Source: Eukaryota sp. TZLM1-RC (lineage: Eukaryota > Protista > Metamonada: BaSk clade). From it: a stretch of 64,000 bases of DNA. Below, one piece after another: positions 22,761 to 34,200 of this stretch. Positions within the stretch are counted from its first letter, which is position 1. Each line of letters begins with the position of its first letter. The stretch lies in contig JAUPSS010000001.1 of the NCBI GenBank assembly GCA_040285825.1, positions 558,001 to 622,000 on the forward strand, read 5' to 3'. Both the position numbers and the translations under genes were made by a program. Below the pieces are notes generated by a model, which worked only from the letters and a program-made list of their open reading frames with translations, had not been told where the DNA came from and made no database searches.

Positions 22761-23492
22761 ATGATTGAGTCATTCACCCAGGATCTCTTTAATGAAAAAT
22801 CGCCAAACGAAGCTGCTTTAGAAGCACGTAGGCTATCCATCCTAAGAGACCAGCTGTTCTTCCAGATTATTTACTACATCTACATCCATTCTCAATGTAC
22901 TTCTTTACCTATCCAAAAGACCAGAATATTGATAGTAGGTCATGGTTATCTTGGGCGGCATTTTTCGACAAGATTGAAGCAACTTGGTTTGGATTCATTT
23001 TCAGTTCTTCAATCTTCAACCTCACAGAGTGATCTTGATGTGACATTCACCACAGCAGAGACAAAACATGACGTAGATATTGTTATATTCACCACCCCAA
23101 CTTCTATCATCTCTATGTTGTTGTCTGATCTTTCATTCACTTCACATCCACTTACTTTGGTGGTGTCAGCGACTCATACCTCTAAGAAGATTTGCAACAT
23201 CACCAAGCCTTATCCTAGCTTAAAAGTCTTTTCAGTTGTTCCACAGAACACAAGTTCGTTTCACTTATTAAATTCTATACCGAGTTTTATTGACTTGGAT
23301 CACCTTTATAAAGCTTTTGAAGACCATTTTCAGAAAAATTCTATAAAAATAATTGATAGGACCGAATTTGGCAATTTATTTATTTTTGGCAGCACAGGTT
23401 TAAATGATAATAATGAGTTTCAAGAGGTAAACAAAAGTTTTATAGAATCGTTACTGCAACCAATTTATGACCAAATATTTAATTCTAAATAA
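22761..23492 (+). CDS. Protein with a Rossmann-like GxGxxG motif (NOXRED1/P5CR-like, tentative)
   Basis: 243-aa ORF with RILIVGHGYLG and DVDIVIFTTP. Confidence 0.5.
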   Translation: MIESFTQDLFNEKSPNEAALEARRLSILRDQLFFQIIYYIYIHSQCTSLPIQKTRILIVGHGYLGRHFSTRLKQLGLDSFSVLQSSTSQSDLDVTFTTAETKHDVDIVIFTTPTSIISMLLSDLSFTSHPLTLVVSATHTSKKICNITKPYPSLKVFSVVPQNTSSFHLLNSIPSFIDLDHLYKAFEDHFQKNSIKIIDRTEFGNLFIFGSTGLNDNNEFQEVNKSFIESLLQPIYDQIFNSK

Positions 23493-23573
23493 TTTAATCT
23501 TTGATTGATGTAAAGTTAGTGACCGCAATTAATAATCAACTTTTTCAAACTAATCACAATTTTGAAACTAAAT

Positions 23574-24101
23574 CTATCTAATTGTGTTGAAAATAAACAA
23601 CAGCAGGAATAAGTGAACTGTAAACAAGATAATATAATAGAAATTCAAATTAAATAAAAGAAAAGGTTTAGGCAAAAGAATACTGCCGTGCATTTCACAA
23701 GTAATCACCTGGTCATCCTCCACTACGAAAGCCACAGGATGGTCAACATTATCGGTAGTGTTGTGGTATCGAAAGTGGAATGGTATGCTGAAGTGTTTAT
23801 CTACATTATAAAATAGCAAATGTTGAGGTTGAGATACAAAGGAAGGACTTTCAATGTCAATGTGGTGAGCCTCATACAGATGAAAGGGTGGTATGTTTGA
23901 TGTTTTATGAAGGTGGTGTAGATCAAAAGGATTGGTGTAAATGGATGAAGATGTGTTGATAAGGAATCGTGTACTCGTTGAATTCAAGTACAACGATAAA
24001 GTTCCATGAAATCCCGCTTGTCTGATATCAAGATGGCACAGTGAATGAGTATATCCAAGACAAACCAGGCAGAAGAGCAGAAACCAAAAGTGTCTTGGCA
24101 T
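23574..24101 (-). CDS. PIGX: PIG-X/PBN1, GPI mannosyltransferase I subunit
   Basis: Signal peptide, GFH.TL, IY.NPF.L, IDIE.P, IPFHFRYH, C-terminal TM helix. Confidence 0.8.
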   Translation of the reverse strand: MPRHFWFLLFCLVCLGYTHSLCHLDIRQAGFHGTLSLYLNSTSTRFLINTSSSIYTNPFDLHHLHKTSNIPPFHLYEAHHIDIESPSFVSQPQHLLFYNVDKHFSIPFHFRYHNTTDNVDHPVAFVVEDDQVITCEMHGSILLPKPFLLFNLNFYYIILFTVHLFLLLFIFNTIR

Positions 24102-24131
24102 AACCAAATTTTTACATTCACTTTACCAAAT

Positions 24132-24234
24132 TAATCGTATTTATTGAATTTGCACACTTGATTAAATTAAATCATAACTAATGGGACGACTATCATTAAA
24201 CCAAGATTTCCTCTACAAAATCTTGATTTGCTTG
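24132..24234 (-). mobile_element. 103-bp family D non-LTR 3' tail with 11-bp TSD
   Basis: CTTTACCAAAT at 24121-24131 and 24235-24245 flanks a copy of the family D end (QDFVEEILV + 3' UTR + AATAAA). Confidence 0.85.
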
Positions 24235-24504
24235 CTTTACCAAATCGAAAACCTAACAAATTTATAAGTTTGAGCACTAACCGCTGTTCCAGTGAAATTG
24301 TGTTATATTTAGCCAATGATAAAGGCAAAACTCGAGACAGAACATCTGCTCATTGGCATCTCTTTGGTGTTAAACTTCAAACCCGAGCTACTCATTTTCT
24401 TCCTCATTCCATCGGAAAGACTGCTATTGGCACTGAAAAGATATCCTCTACTTGCGAGCCTTTATTCTTGTTTTGTGAGTTAAATATCTCTTTTACTTCC
24501 ACTT

Positions 24505-24777
24505 ATGCCAGTTGATGAGCACGAATTACCAACAATCAGAAAATATGAAACTACTGAGGTTGCATCACCTAGGACTGTCTCAAAGATAAAACATTGGGAG
24601 TCTAGAAGACATCATGGAGTAATACCAAAGGAAAGTCCTGCTGCTTTGATTGAGAGCAGATCTGCAAAGCTTCACAAAGGACACGGGAGTAAGAGATGTA
24701 CAAAATCTGACTTAGCTGCATTCAAAAGGTTTTTGCAGGAAGAGGAAAGTGATTTATTATCAAAGCTAGACATCTAA
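24505..24777 (+). CDS. Hypothetical 90-aa protein
   Basis: ATG-initiated ORF with coding-like composition; no family recognised. Confidence 0.5.
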   Translation: MPVDEHELPTIRKYETTEVASPRTVSKIKHWESRRHHGVIPKESPAALIESRSAKLHKGHGSKRCTKSDLAAFKRFLQEEESDLLSKLDI

Positions 24778-25144
24778 ACAAATCATATCCAATCATGTAA
24801 TAAACTAAAAGGACACTTATTTGAAATTTGAGAAGCTTCAGAAACAGTAAAAATACCTCAAAAGGATACATCAAAACTTTGATATTTACTCTATGTTGTG
24901 ACATTGAAAGTCTCAAATAACTTATGGTTTATTGTACATTTGTGTTCAAGGACTGAGCAGAATACCACAGAAAACATTGGTTCATATGACATCTCAATGG
25001 TAGTTTATCCCAACAACAGAAAAAAACAAATAAAATCCATTGCTAAACAATTCATTGTTCAACTTCATAATCAAGTCTAACTGTCAGAAATGTATAGAAA
25101 CAATATTTGTTTGCAATTTATTAATAAAACATCTTCTTCAAAAA

Positions 25145-26089
25145 TCAAGAATTAGCCAATCCTATTCCTCCCAAATGATCTAACCCAATACTCTTAGCTA
25201 CAGAAGCTTTTACGTTTTCAAAAGTGAATGGTGTTACTTCACTGGGAATCTTGATTAGGGGAACCCCCTGAACTCTAAGATACTCAACCATTGGTTCAGT
25301 TTTTGAATGATATTCGTGGAATCTTGTCTGAATCAGGTTGGGATCATCATCTTTCCTCTGTACAATTTCTCCTCCACATTGACAGACCCCACTCTTGGGG
25401 GGAGGGCTTGATTTGATGTTGTAAACCTTTGCACAATTATTGCAGACACGACGGTCAAGAATACGAGACATTATCTTGTCTTCGTCAGCATCCACAAGCA
25501 AAACCGCTTTGGGAATTACCTTCATCTCAGTTAACAAGAACTCAGCCTGTGAGGTTGTACGTGGAAAACCGTCAAAAACAAACCCACAATCACCATTGCT
25601 CATTTGGTGATACACTAATTCGTAAACTATTTTGTCAGGAACATAAACACCCTTTTCTACGTAATACTTTGCTTCGAGCTTAACCAAGGTCGAATCAATG
25701 TCGGGTGCTTCTTCGTCGTGTTTGAGTGTTTCAATGGCGGTATCAGCATGAAAGTAATCATCACCAAACCCTAATTGATCGGGTGAAAACTTGTTAAAAA
25801 GGGAAGAAACATCTTCTATAGATGATCGTAATAGGTTTCCTGTAGAAACAGAGGTTAAATCCAGCATCTCACTAAGAGCATCTATCCGTGACTGCTTTCC
25901 ACTACCTGGTAAGCCAACGATTAGGTAGACATCACGGGAAGGAAGTTCTGTCTTCATAGAAAAAGAGCCGACTAAACTGCGAACGCTGTTGTGAACATCG
26001 TTCTGGGAGATATCCTGTTTCGGATGATGAAAGTCGTTAGCTATTGAAGCATAGATAAGAGTTCCGAAAAGGAAGACGACTAGCTGCAT
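25145..26089 (-). CDS. Adenylate kinase with Zn-type LID and a putative N-terminal signal peptide
   Basis: GLPGSGK, STGNLLR, G.YVPD, GFVFDGFPRT..QA, RRVC..C..VYN....PP....C.CG...QRKDD; hydrophobic N-terminus MQLVVFLFGTLIYASIA. Confidence 0.9.
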   Translation of the reverse strand: MQLVVFLFGTLIYASIANDFHHPKQDISQNDVHNSVRSLVGSFSMKTELPSRDVYLIVGLPGSGKQSRIDALSEMLDLTSVSTGNLLRSSIEDVSSLFNKFSPDQLGFGDDYFHADTAIETLKHDEEAPDIDSTLVKLEAKYYVEKGVYVPDKIVYELVYHQMSNGDCGFVFDGFPRTTSQAEFLLTEMKVIPKAVLLVDADEDKIMSRILDRRVCNNCAKVYNIKSSPPPKSGVCQCGGEIVQRKDDDPNLIQTRFHEYHSKTEPMVEYLRVQGVPLIKIPSEVTPFTFENVKASVAKSIGLDHLGGIGLANS

Positions 26090-26490
26090 TACTGATGCAT
26101 TGATATGAATTGACTAATGACAACAGAAGGAAAAAATGAATTGAAGCATCTGATTCTTTATTACGATTTTCAAGTTCAACAGGCACACATTATGTCCAAC
26201 CTAATCAATAATTTTTATTTTTGAGACTAACTAAACTCAAACAAAAAACTACAACTCAATATTATCAATAAAATATTGCTGTTGCAAATCAACTGTTGAA
26301 GTGACAATATACTAGTTTTTGGCTCTTGCTGTTGTTTCTTCTGTTACAATTAAGGTAAGAACAAAAGAATAAAAACTAACGACTCTTTCACAGGCATTAG
26401 CAGAAAATATTTGGCTAATCAGCCCAATTGCAAGTTTTTCACGGTGGTAGCTGTAAATCCTTTAGAATTCAACCAGTCAACTGAAGCCTT

Positions 26491-28068
26491 TTGATTGGCT
26501 CTTCTGCTCAAGATCTCGCAATAAACGATTCAATTGCCCCTTTTACTTATTACAGTAGTGATGCTTTTAAGTTCCTTGGTTGTTGGTTAGGAAACCTGCC
26601 TCAAATTCAGAATGAATTGCAAGTTATTTTGGAAAAATCAAAATTGAACTTGATTCAATTTCTTCTTTGGATATAGAAAAACATATTAAATTTTTCATGC
26701 TTAAAAATTGTTACAATGGGAGAATAACCCACAATTTGAGATCTTGTGCTCCTTCCATAGCATTAGATTTTTGTCGTTCTTTTAATTCATTGAGAACAGT
26801 ATTTTTTGCTGATATATTGGATGTAGAACCAAAAATGTTGAAAAGTCACTTATTTTCTTCAGCAAATGTGGGTAGTATTGGATTTACTAAATCTTCTATT
26901 TTGTGTCAAGCAGCATTTTTGAGTGGATGCAAGAATGTTATTTATGAAGTTTCTCGTAGATTTCTTGATGATTCACATCTGTTAGTTCCCAGTTGCAGTC
27001 CATATTTGAATGAGTTATCTTGTGAACTTGAAAAATTGCCGCCACAAATTTGGACCAAATGTTTTCCTCAATCTATTCAAGAAATTCCAAACCGATCTCT
27101 TTTCAATTTACAGTTTTGCTGTAAGCTTCAACAAAAATTGTCAAAGCTTTTTGAAAGCTTGGATTTTGATGTTAGACTTGGCTTGGCCAAGAAAAAGAAT
27201 CCCGCTTTTGCAAATCTTTTACAAGATATGTGTGACAGTACTTCTTCTGCCTTAGTAACAACAATTCCACAAGTTTATGGTACTCTCTTAACCGATTCTG
27301 CTTGGACTCTAAATATGAGATTTCGTTCCTTTATCTGGCCTGACAATTTACCTCATAATTCAATTTGTAAATGTTCTCGAGAAATTACAACTACTCATTT
27401 GTTAAATTGTAAACATTTTATTACTTTTAGAAGCAAGGTTCATGATGCTGTAAGAGACCAGTTATATTGTATGTGTAAATCTCATAGAATTGAATCCTTC
27501 TTCGAACCTCTGTTGTGAAATCTGTTTGATGCTGAAAATGATTTTCATAAGAATAATAGAGGTGATGTCATATTACCTGGATTAGATGGAAGCTTTATTT
27601 TATTGGATGTAATGTCTGTTGATCCTTGTAATGCCTCAAATGAAAGGCTTGTTAATTCTGAAATTCATAATCCCCTTTCAAATGCTGAAAATTTTAAATT
27701 CAAAAAATACAATGATCCTTTGTCCAAATTGGCCAGTCTACAGCATGCAAAATACAATTTGTATCCATTTGTATTTTCCCTTTTTGGTTCTCTTGCACCA
27801 ACTGCTTTACGTTTTTTGGATGATTTTGAAATGATTGTAAAGAGAAGAACTGGCAGAAATTTCAACAGATTGTTTTGGCAAAATAGAATTGTGTTTTCCA
27901 TTTTTAAGGGGATGTTGAAGATGGTTTCTGATGCTTTGCTTTCTCTTGGATCTCACTATGAGAGAATTGCATCTAGTGTTTTTGTTCTGGGAGAGATGGA
28001 TTTTTTGGATGTTGATTTGTAGGTTTTGAATAAAATTAAAATTAATAAAAAAAAAGAAAAGAAAAGAA
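26491..28068 (+). mobile_element. Non-LTR retrotransposon family A, 5'-truncated, with A-rich tail
   Basis: FLGCWLG, RITHNLR, CKC...HLLNC, HDAVRD, RGDVILPG...LLDV, AENFKFKKY, YPFVFSLFG, ending MDFLDVDL* then AATAAA and an A-rich tail. One frameshift and one premature TGA (27516). Confidence 0.92.
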
Positions 28069-28074
28069 AACGAG

Positions 28075-28803
28075 CCAGAACTGCATTAGTATATTATCTC
28101 AGCAACCAAGGCCATTTGTGTTCACTCAACAATTGAAGCTTGGAAACAAAACATGCGGTTGAGATTAGGGTTGTATCCAAGTGTTCTTTTGGGCAATTCT
28201 GTTTGTATTTGTAATGAAAGACCTACTACCAATTTCCGTCATATTGTTAGTTGGAAGAAATTCCTTCGATATAGGTCAATTCTTCATAATGCCGTTCGTG
28301 ATGTTACATATGAGATGTTCAAGTGTTACAATTTTAGGTGCAAAGTAGAACCTTTGTTGAAGCATTATAGCAATAATAATCTGTTTAATTCACGTCGAGG
28401 TGATTTAATTGTTCCTTTTGTGGATTCCTCTCAAGTTGTTGTTGATTTCACTACAGTTGATCCCTTTGCTTTGTTTTATCGCGATGATGTTTTACTTAGT
28501 ACTAATGGCTGAAGCAAGGCTGAAGATCGTAAGAGAGATAAATATACTGAGATATTAAATGATTTAAATAAGAACCTTTATTCGAAGTTTTCGTTTGTTC
28601 CTTTTGCCTTTTCGATTTTTGGCAACATTGGACAATCCGCCTTGAATTTCATCAATGATTTTGGTAATTTATGGCGTTCAAGTGGTAAGAAGTTTACTGG
28701 GAATTTATGGAAGAATCGTATCATTTTCGCTTTGTACAGAAGCCCAAATAATTTTGTTTCTTATGTGCTTTAGTTTGATTTGATTTGATTCTGCGTAGAA
28801 AAT
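28075..28803 (+). mobile_element. Non-LTR retrotransposon family E 3' fragment
   Basis: MRLRLGLYPS...CIC...HNAVRD...RRGDLIVPF...VDFTTVDP; 3' end shared with 46800-46850. Confidence 0.85.
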
Positions 28804-28991
28804 CAATATTGTTAAAATTTCAGTAAAAATTTCTCACAAAAGGAAATTTTTGCGAATATCATGCAAAAACAAGATCCACAAATACCGAAAATGCCCAATC
28901 TTCAGAATCACCTTCATTGATCAAGCACCATGCAGTCAGACCAAAAAAAGCAAAATAAAAAAAAAGAAATTCAATTTTATGTCAATCAAAT

Positions 28992-29050
28992 AGATGGATT
29001 TTTTAGATGTTGATTTCTAGGTTTTGAATAAAATTAAAATTAATAAAAAA
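28992..29050 (+). mobile_element. Family A non-LTR extreme 3' tail
   Basis: AGATGGATTTTTTAGATGTTGATTT.TAGGTTTTGAATAAAATTAAAATTAATAAAAAAA, essentially identical to 27994-28052. Confidence 0.8.
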
Positions 29051-29316
29051 AGGCAACTGAAGAAAAATTGGCATTGAAATTAGAACTACCTTCAAACTCT
29101 TAAACGTATTAAAATAAATTAATAATATATAGTGCCATACGTGCGATACACTATTCGCGTATGGCTTGGTCAAAAAGTGATTATGGAATAACGCCACAAA
29201 TTTGCACATCATTTTTTTATACATCATTTTTGTAACTCAAGATCGATCTTTCCATACTTACCACCTGACTCTCTCTATCATCAGAATCCTGACGACAGTT
29301 GTGCTCAGCTCATTTA

Positions 29317-30249
29317 ATGTCATCCTCTGTGGAAATACCCGGTTACAAGGGAGCTGTGTTCATCGGTGAGGGGGCTGATGGAGCGGTCTACAAAGCTACT
29401 CAAAATGGTAACTCATTCTGCATCAAAGTAATATATCGCAAGATTGAAGAAAACGAACAACGATACAACGCTATTAAACCAGTCACCCAACAACACCAAT
29501 CCCTATGTCCAATTTGGGACACTTTTCGACATGAAGATAAGTTCTATGTTGTGATGAAGTTCTATCCGAAAAACCTAACTAAAATTATTTATGGTGTTTC
29601 CCAACGCCAAACCATCATCAAGGGAGAACCCTTAGAGAGAGATAAAGTATGGAAGATACTGTGGCAACTTGTGGAGGGTATCCAGTTCTTACGCTCAAAA
29701 CAACTTGCCCATCGTGATTTAAAGCCGGAAAACACTCTCCTAGATGAGAATAACAATGTCGCCATCTGTGACTTTGATAGGCTCACACTATTTGAAACCA
29801 AATCAGCTAACCCGTTTCAAACTACCATGACTCCTCCATATCACCCACCTGAAATGTTCACAACTGGGCAATCTTATGGTGCTGCTGCTGATTATTTCGC
29901 TCTAGGAGTCATTTTCTATGAGATGCTTGTTGGAGAAATGCCTTACAATCCTGCTGGCAATGACCGTGAATTGAGCGAGGAAAAGCGTCAAAAGATACAT
30001 GATGCTGCAGACATTGGATTAATTCTTCCATTGATGGCGAAAGAAAGTCAATTTAGAAAGGAAGCTTTTAACATTGTGCTCATTCAATTGAGACATAAAT
30101 TTGGTCAGATACATCCATCAAAATCTACCGGTGATGGTCAACCTCGAACTACATTGACATCTGGCAATAATGGCTCAGAATCATCATCCAAATCTGGTCC
30201 TGATGTAAACTCCTCAAGTTGTGATGGGACAACTGCTGAACTAGTTTGA
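29317..30249 (+). CDS. Ser/Thr protein kinase with DFD in place of DFG
   Basis: IGEGADGAVYK, CIK, HRDLKPEN, CDFD, YHPPE, DYFALG. Paralogous to the kinase domain at 54150-54938 (shared NLTK.IYGVS.R). Confidence 0.85.
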   Translation: MSSSVEIPGYKGAVFIGEGADGAVYKATQNGNSFCIKVIYRKIEENEQRYNAIKPVTQQHQSLCPIWDTFRHEDKFYVVMKFYPKNLTKIIYGVSQRQTIIKGEPLERDKVWKILWQLVEGIQFLRSKQLAHRDLKPENTLLDENNNVAICDFDRLTLFETKSANPFQTTMTPPYHPPEMFTTGQSYGAAADYFALGVIFYEMLVGEMPYNPAGNDRELSEEKRQKIHDAADIGLILPLMAKESQFRKEAFNIVLIQLRHKFGQIHPSKSTGDGQPRTTLTSGNNGSESSSKSGPDVNSSSCDGTTAELV

Positions 30250-30859
30250 ACTAATGTTGGGATCCTCCATACAGGAGGATCCTCCTGAAACAAGTAAAGG
30301 AGAAGTTGCAATCACCATGAATGATGCCAACAAAGAGTCGAAATCTGAGGAAGAATTGGAAGAAGAACGAGCGAAAGAAGCATCCGGGCTCATCCTTATG
30401 TTATGTTTTGGTTGTAGCTTTAGCCTTAGTTCTTGAAAAGTTTGGTTACATTTGAGGTATTTATTTTTGTAATTTATTTTCCTTAAACCTATGAACAAAT
30501 TATCTTTTTGATATTTCTTTGACATTTGATTGTTTCTCTATTTCTTTTTGTGTTCTCACATTCTGTGGTCACGTCACCAGGTTATCTATTTAAATTGATT
30601 GAAACTTCCCTTCCATAATGTCCCTCATTATTACGTCAATTTTTGAGACCGTTGTCTGTAGAATGGTACCTCTATTAGCACGATAACAGGCGCCAGTAAT
30701 CGGTTTCTGAGCGGTAAATGACTATTACAATTACATGGAGAGTAGTCTGAGCCCCACATACTCTGAATTGTCCCAAATTGTTTACTTTTCGTTCCCTGTA
30801 TGGTTCAATGAATTTCGTTCTATTATTTCTGTGTTTACTTTGTTAATTGGCAAAGTATA

Positions 30860-31150
30860 TATATTTATTGAACATGCACACTTAATTTAATTAAGAAAAA
30901 TTAAAAAATTAAAATTAAATTAAAATTAAAATTAAAAAAATAAAGAAAAAAACCATGAAAAGATTGAGTGAATTTAGTCCCATCAGTTCTGCTTTTATTT
31001 TGTTAAGTTTTGTAGTTCAATAAAAAAACATGTTGTTACTGTTTCAAATTTTTATGGGTCAACTAAATTCATTGAACATGCACACTTAATTAAATTAATT
31101 CATATCTAATGGGACGAATATCATTGAACCAAGATTTCCTCTACAAAATT
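30860..31150. mobile_element. Cluster of family D 3' tail fragments
   Basis: TTGAACATGCACACTTAATT at ~30868 and ~31072; the second continues CTAATGGGACGAATATCATTGAACCAAGATTTCCTCTACAAAAT. Confidence 0.65.
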
Positions 31151-31238
31151 GTTAAAGTTCAATAAACAAATTTATTAATCAAAACCTTAAATACACCATA
31201 AAAAAGAATTTCACAATTACAATTTATTAATCAACAAC

Positions 31239-34200
31239 TTAAACAAAGCCGCCTTCTCTAATAGGAGTTCGTTCACCTTGAATCACCTTTCTACGTCGAG
31301 ATACTACTATAACTGAAATACTAGTGGTTAAAAGTACCCCAATAGCTAATGTTATAACAATGAATATTTCAATTGTTCTAGGTTCGTGGTCAACTCTGAG
31401 CTCCACCTGGTCAACCTTCAAAATTTCATTATCAAGAACAGTTAAATATTTGGGAGGATTTTCAACTTGAGCTATATTAATTTTGACTTTGGTTCCTTCA
31501 ATAAAACAATTTTCAGCTCCAGTAATATTAACAAAATCCTTACAATCAACAGTTACCTTGGATGGAGTTAATTCTTGGTTAAATTCAACACTTATTGTGT
31601 CCTTTTTTGAATTAATTTGAGCAGATTGAGCTGAAAAAGAACTACAAAATTGCGATGGAATTGATTTTGGACAAGAATTTCTATCATAAACTCCGTAATT
31701 AGCAGAAAAAGAAGAACCAAAACCAGAACTGATAAATTGAATAGACAAAGGATAAAGAGAATTAAATACTCTAGACTTAATTGAATTAGAAATTCTAGCT
31801 AATCTTAATTCATGCCTTCCCCATTGCCAATTAACATCAACATAATCACCATTTTCAAGTATCACATCACTTAATTCAAGCTGAATGACCGAATTAGAAT
31901 TAAAAGGAAGCTTAAAATTACAGGAAGAACCACTTGAAATTGCTTTAAAATCTCCTTTTAATTCACTGAATTCTTGATCTTTACAATAATTAGTTTCATC
32001 TTCTTTTTCTTTTTCTTTATCAGAATCATCGATTGGTTTTGATTTATAATTATTAGTGGTTAATTTAAAACCTTTTCCAGAACCATTTAATCCAGACTGA
32101 AATTCCAAATAATAATGGTTTCTAGTAGAAAAAGACCTATCTTCACCATTATTAATGGTTTCAATTAATGTAATTTCTCCATTTAATTCAGAGTAAACAT
32201 TTAAAAAATCACCGTGAGCCAAATCAATTTCCAATACATTTAAAATTAATTCACTTTTACTTGGATTTAAAACTTTCCATGTAACATCAACTCCTTGTTT
32301 ATAATTATTAATTCCTTCAATGAAAGGAATTGAAATAGCTTCATTTGGTTGAATTTCAATTCTATTATCGCCAATAGCGTGGAAAAATGAACAATTAGGT
32401 CCGAAATAAGGAAATTCACAAGAACAAAAACCATTGATACATTTGCCTTGATTAGAACAAGAATTAGGACAAGATTCACCACAATTAAGTAAATTTCCTG
32501 AATTACATTTACAAATTCCGTTTAAACATTGGCCATTATTATTACAATTATCTGGACAGGAATCGCAATTAATCAAATCCACGTCACCAATCACTGATAA
32601 AGAATAAGTTTGACTCGAAGATAAACCATTTCCCTTAATTAAAATTTGATAATTCCCAGCTGCTGAGGGAATAATTAATCTATCAGAAGTGGAATGTCTA
32701 AATGGCTTATTCAAATTAGAAATTTCTTTTCCTGAAGAGTCCAAAATAATTAATTCTAAAGGATTAATAATACAATCTTGACAACCTGCAAAAGCTTGGG
32801 GGTCCGTCCAAGCTAAGGTAACAATAACTTTACCATTAGAATTAGTTTTAAAACAATGTGATTTAATAGGATTAGAATTAGAAATTTCATAATCTTCATT
32901 AGAAACCACAACAGATTCGAATAAAGGTTTTAAATTAACCCTGCCATAACCATAAACAGAGGAGGGAGCTTCATCCAAATCTACCCACTTGTTATTACCC
33001 CAATTAACTTTACCATTATTATCATTTAAAGGGACAGCAGAACCTATAATTAAACTTCTTAATAAAGAAGAACTTGGATTGATATCATTATTTTTTAAAT
33101 ATTCCCTTAATAAAGCAGCAGCTCCAGCCACTGTTGGTGCTGCCATAGAGGTACCAGCTAAAGGTTCAAAACCACACTGACTACCAGCACGTGCAGAAGT
33201 CAAGGGAAGTCCTGTAGAGACGACATCAGGTTTGATTGAGCCATAATCAGTTGGCCCTCGAGAAGAAAAGAAAGCTACAGAATTTTCATTTAAGTTGGAA
33301 TTACTAGTTGTCAACCCAAATGATTGGCAAAATCTATTATTAACTGAACAAGTAGCAGAAACAGAATTTCTAGTTGCAACAGAAGCTCCTACAGTTAAAA
33401 CATTTTTAGCAGTGCTAGGGCTTCCGATCGATCGGGTTCCACTGCTACCAGAATTTCCAGCTGAAAATATAACAAAAGCATCTCTGTTTTGGTAAATAAA
33501 TCGATCCCAAATGCTAGCATCACTAGTGTAGGGACTAGTTTTTAATTGAGAACCCCAAGAATTAGTAAACACTCTAGATCCTATTTTGTAAGCAGGATCT
33601 AACCATCTGGGACGTAAATCTCTTGGTATTGACAATCTGCCACCATTACCACTACCGCCATCCAGAATGATCAGCTTTGAATTGATAGCAATTCCATTTG
33701 ATTCTTGGTTAGGGGAAAAACCAGAAACAGAACCAGCCACATGGGTTCCATGACCAGAAAGATCTTGACCATCGCCAATTTCTGAATCATAAAAGAGAAT
33801 TTTACGATGTTTACTATTAATTGCTGAATTAATTGAATTTCTAATAGAACCTTTTAGAATATTATTATTATTATCTTTAAATAAGCAATGATTAGCATCT
33901 AATCCACTATCAATTACTGTGACAATTTCTCCCTTTCCGGTAATTTCCTTGGCCGACCAATCAAATTGATTTGATTGTGAGGGTCGGGATTGGGGGCAAG
34001 AACTTAGTGAATTTGAGTTTGATTCAATCAAAGATGCAGCATGACAGTTAAAAGGTTCATAATGCACGTGTGGTTCAATCCAGGTGACGTCATCATGTTG
34101 AGCAAGAGAAAGTAGGGTAGATACGGGGGATTGGCAAAGTTCAATAACCAAAGAATCATCAGAATAGTCAAGAATAGTCAACGAGTCAAGAGATCTCAAG

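Noticed and set aside
30590-30770. Possible snRNA/snoRNA (Sm-like AATTTTTG, U4-like TTGAAACTT, box D-like CTGA)
   Set aside because: No U6-pairing segments or proper box C could be identified, and the minus strand looks like a decayed coding relic. An Rfam search would settle it.
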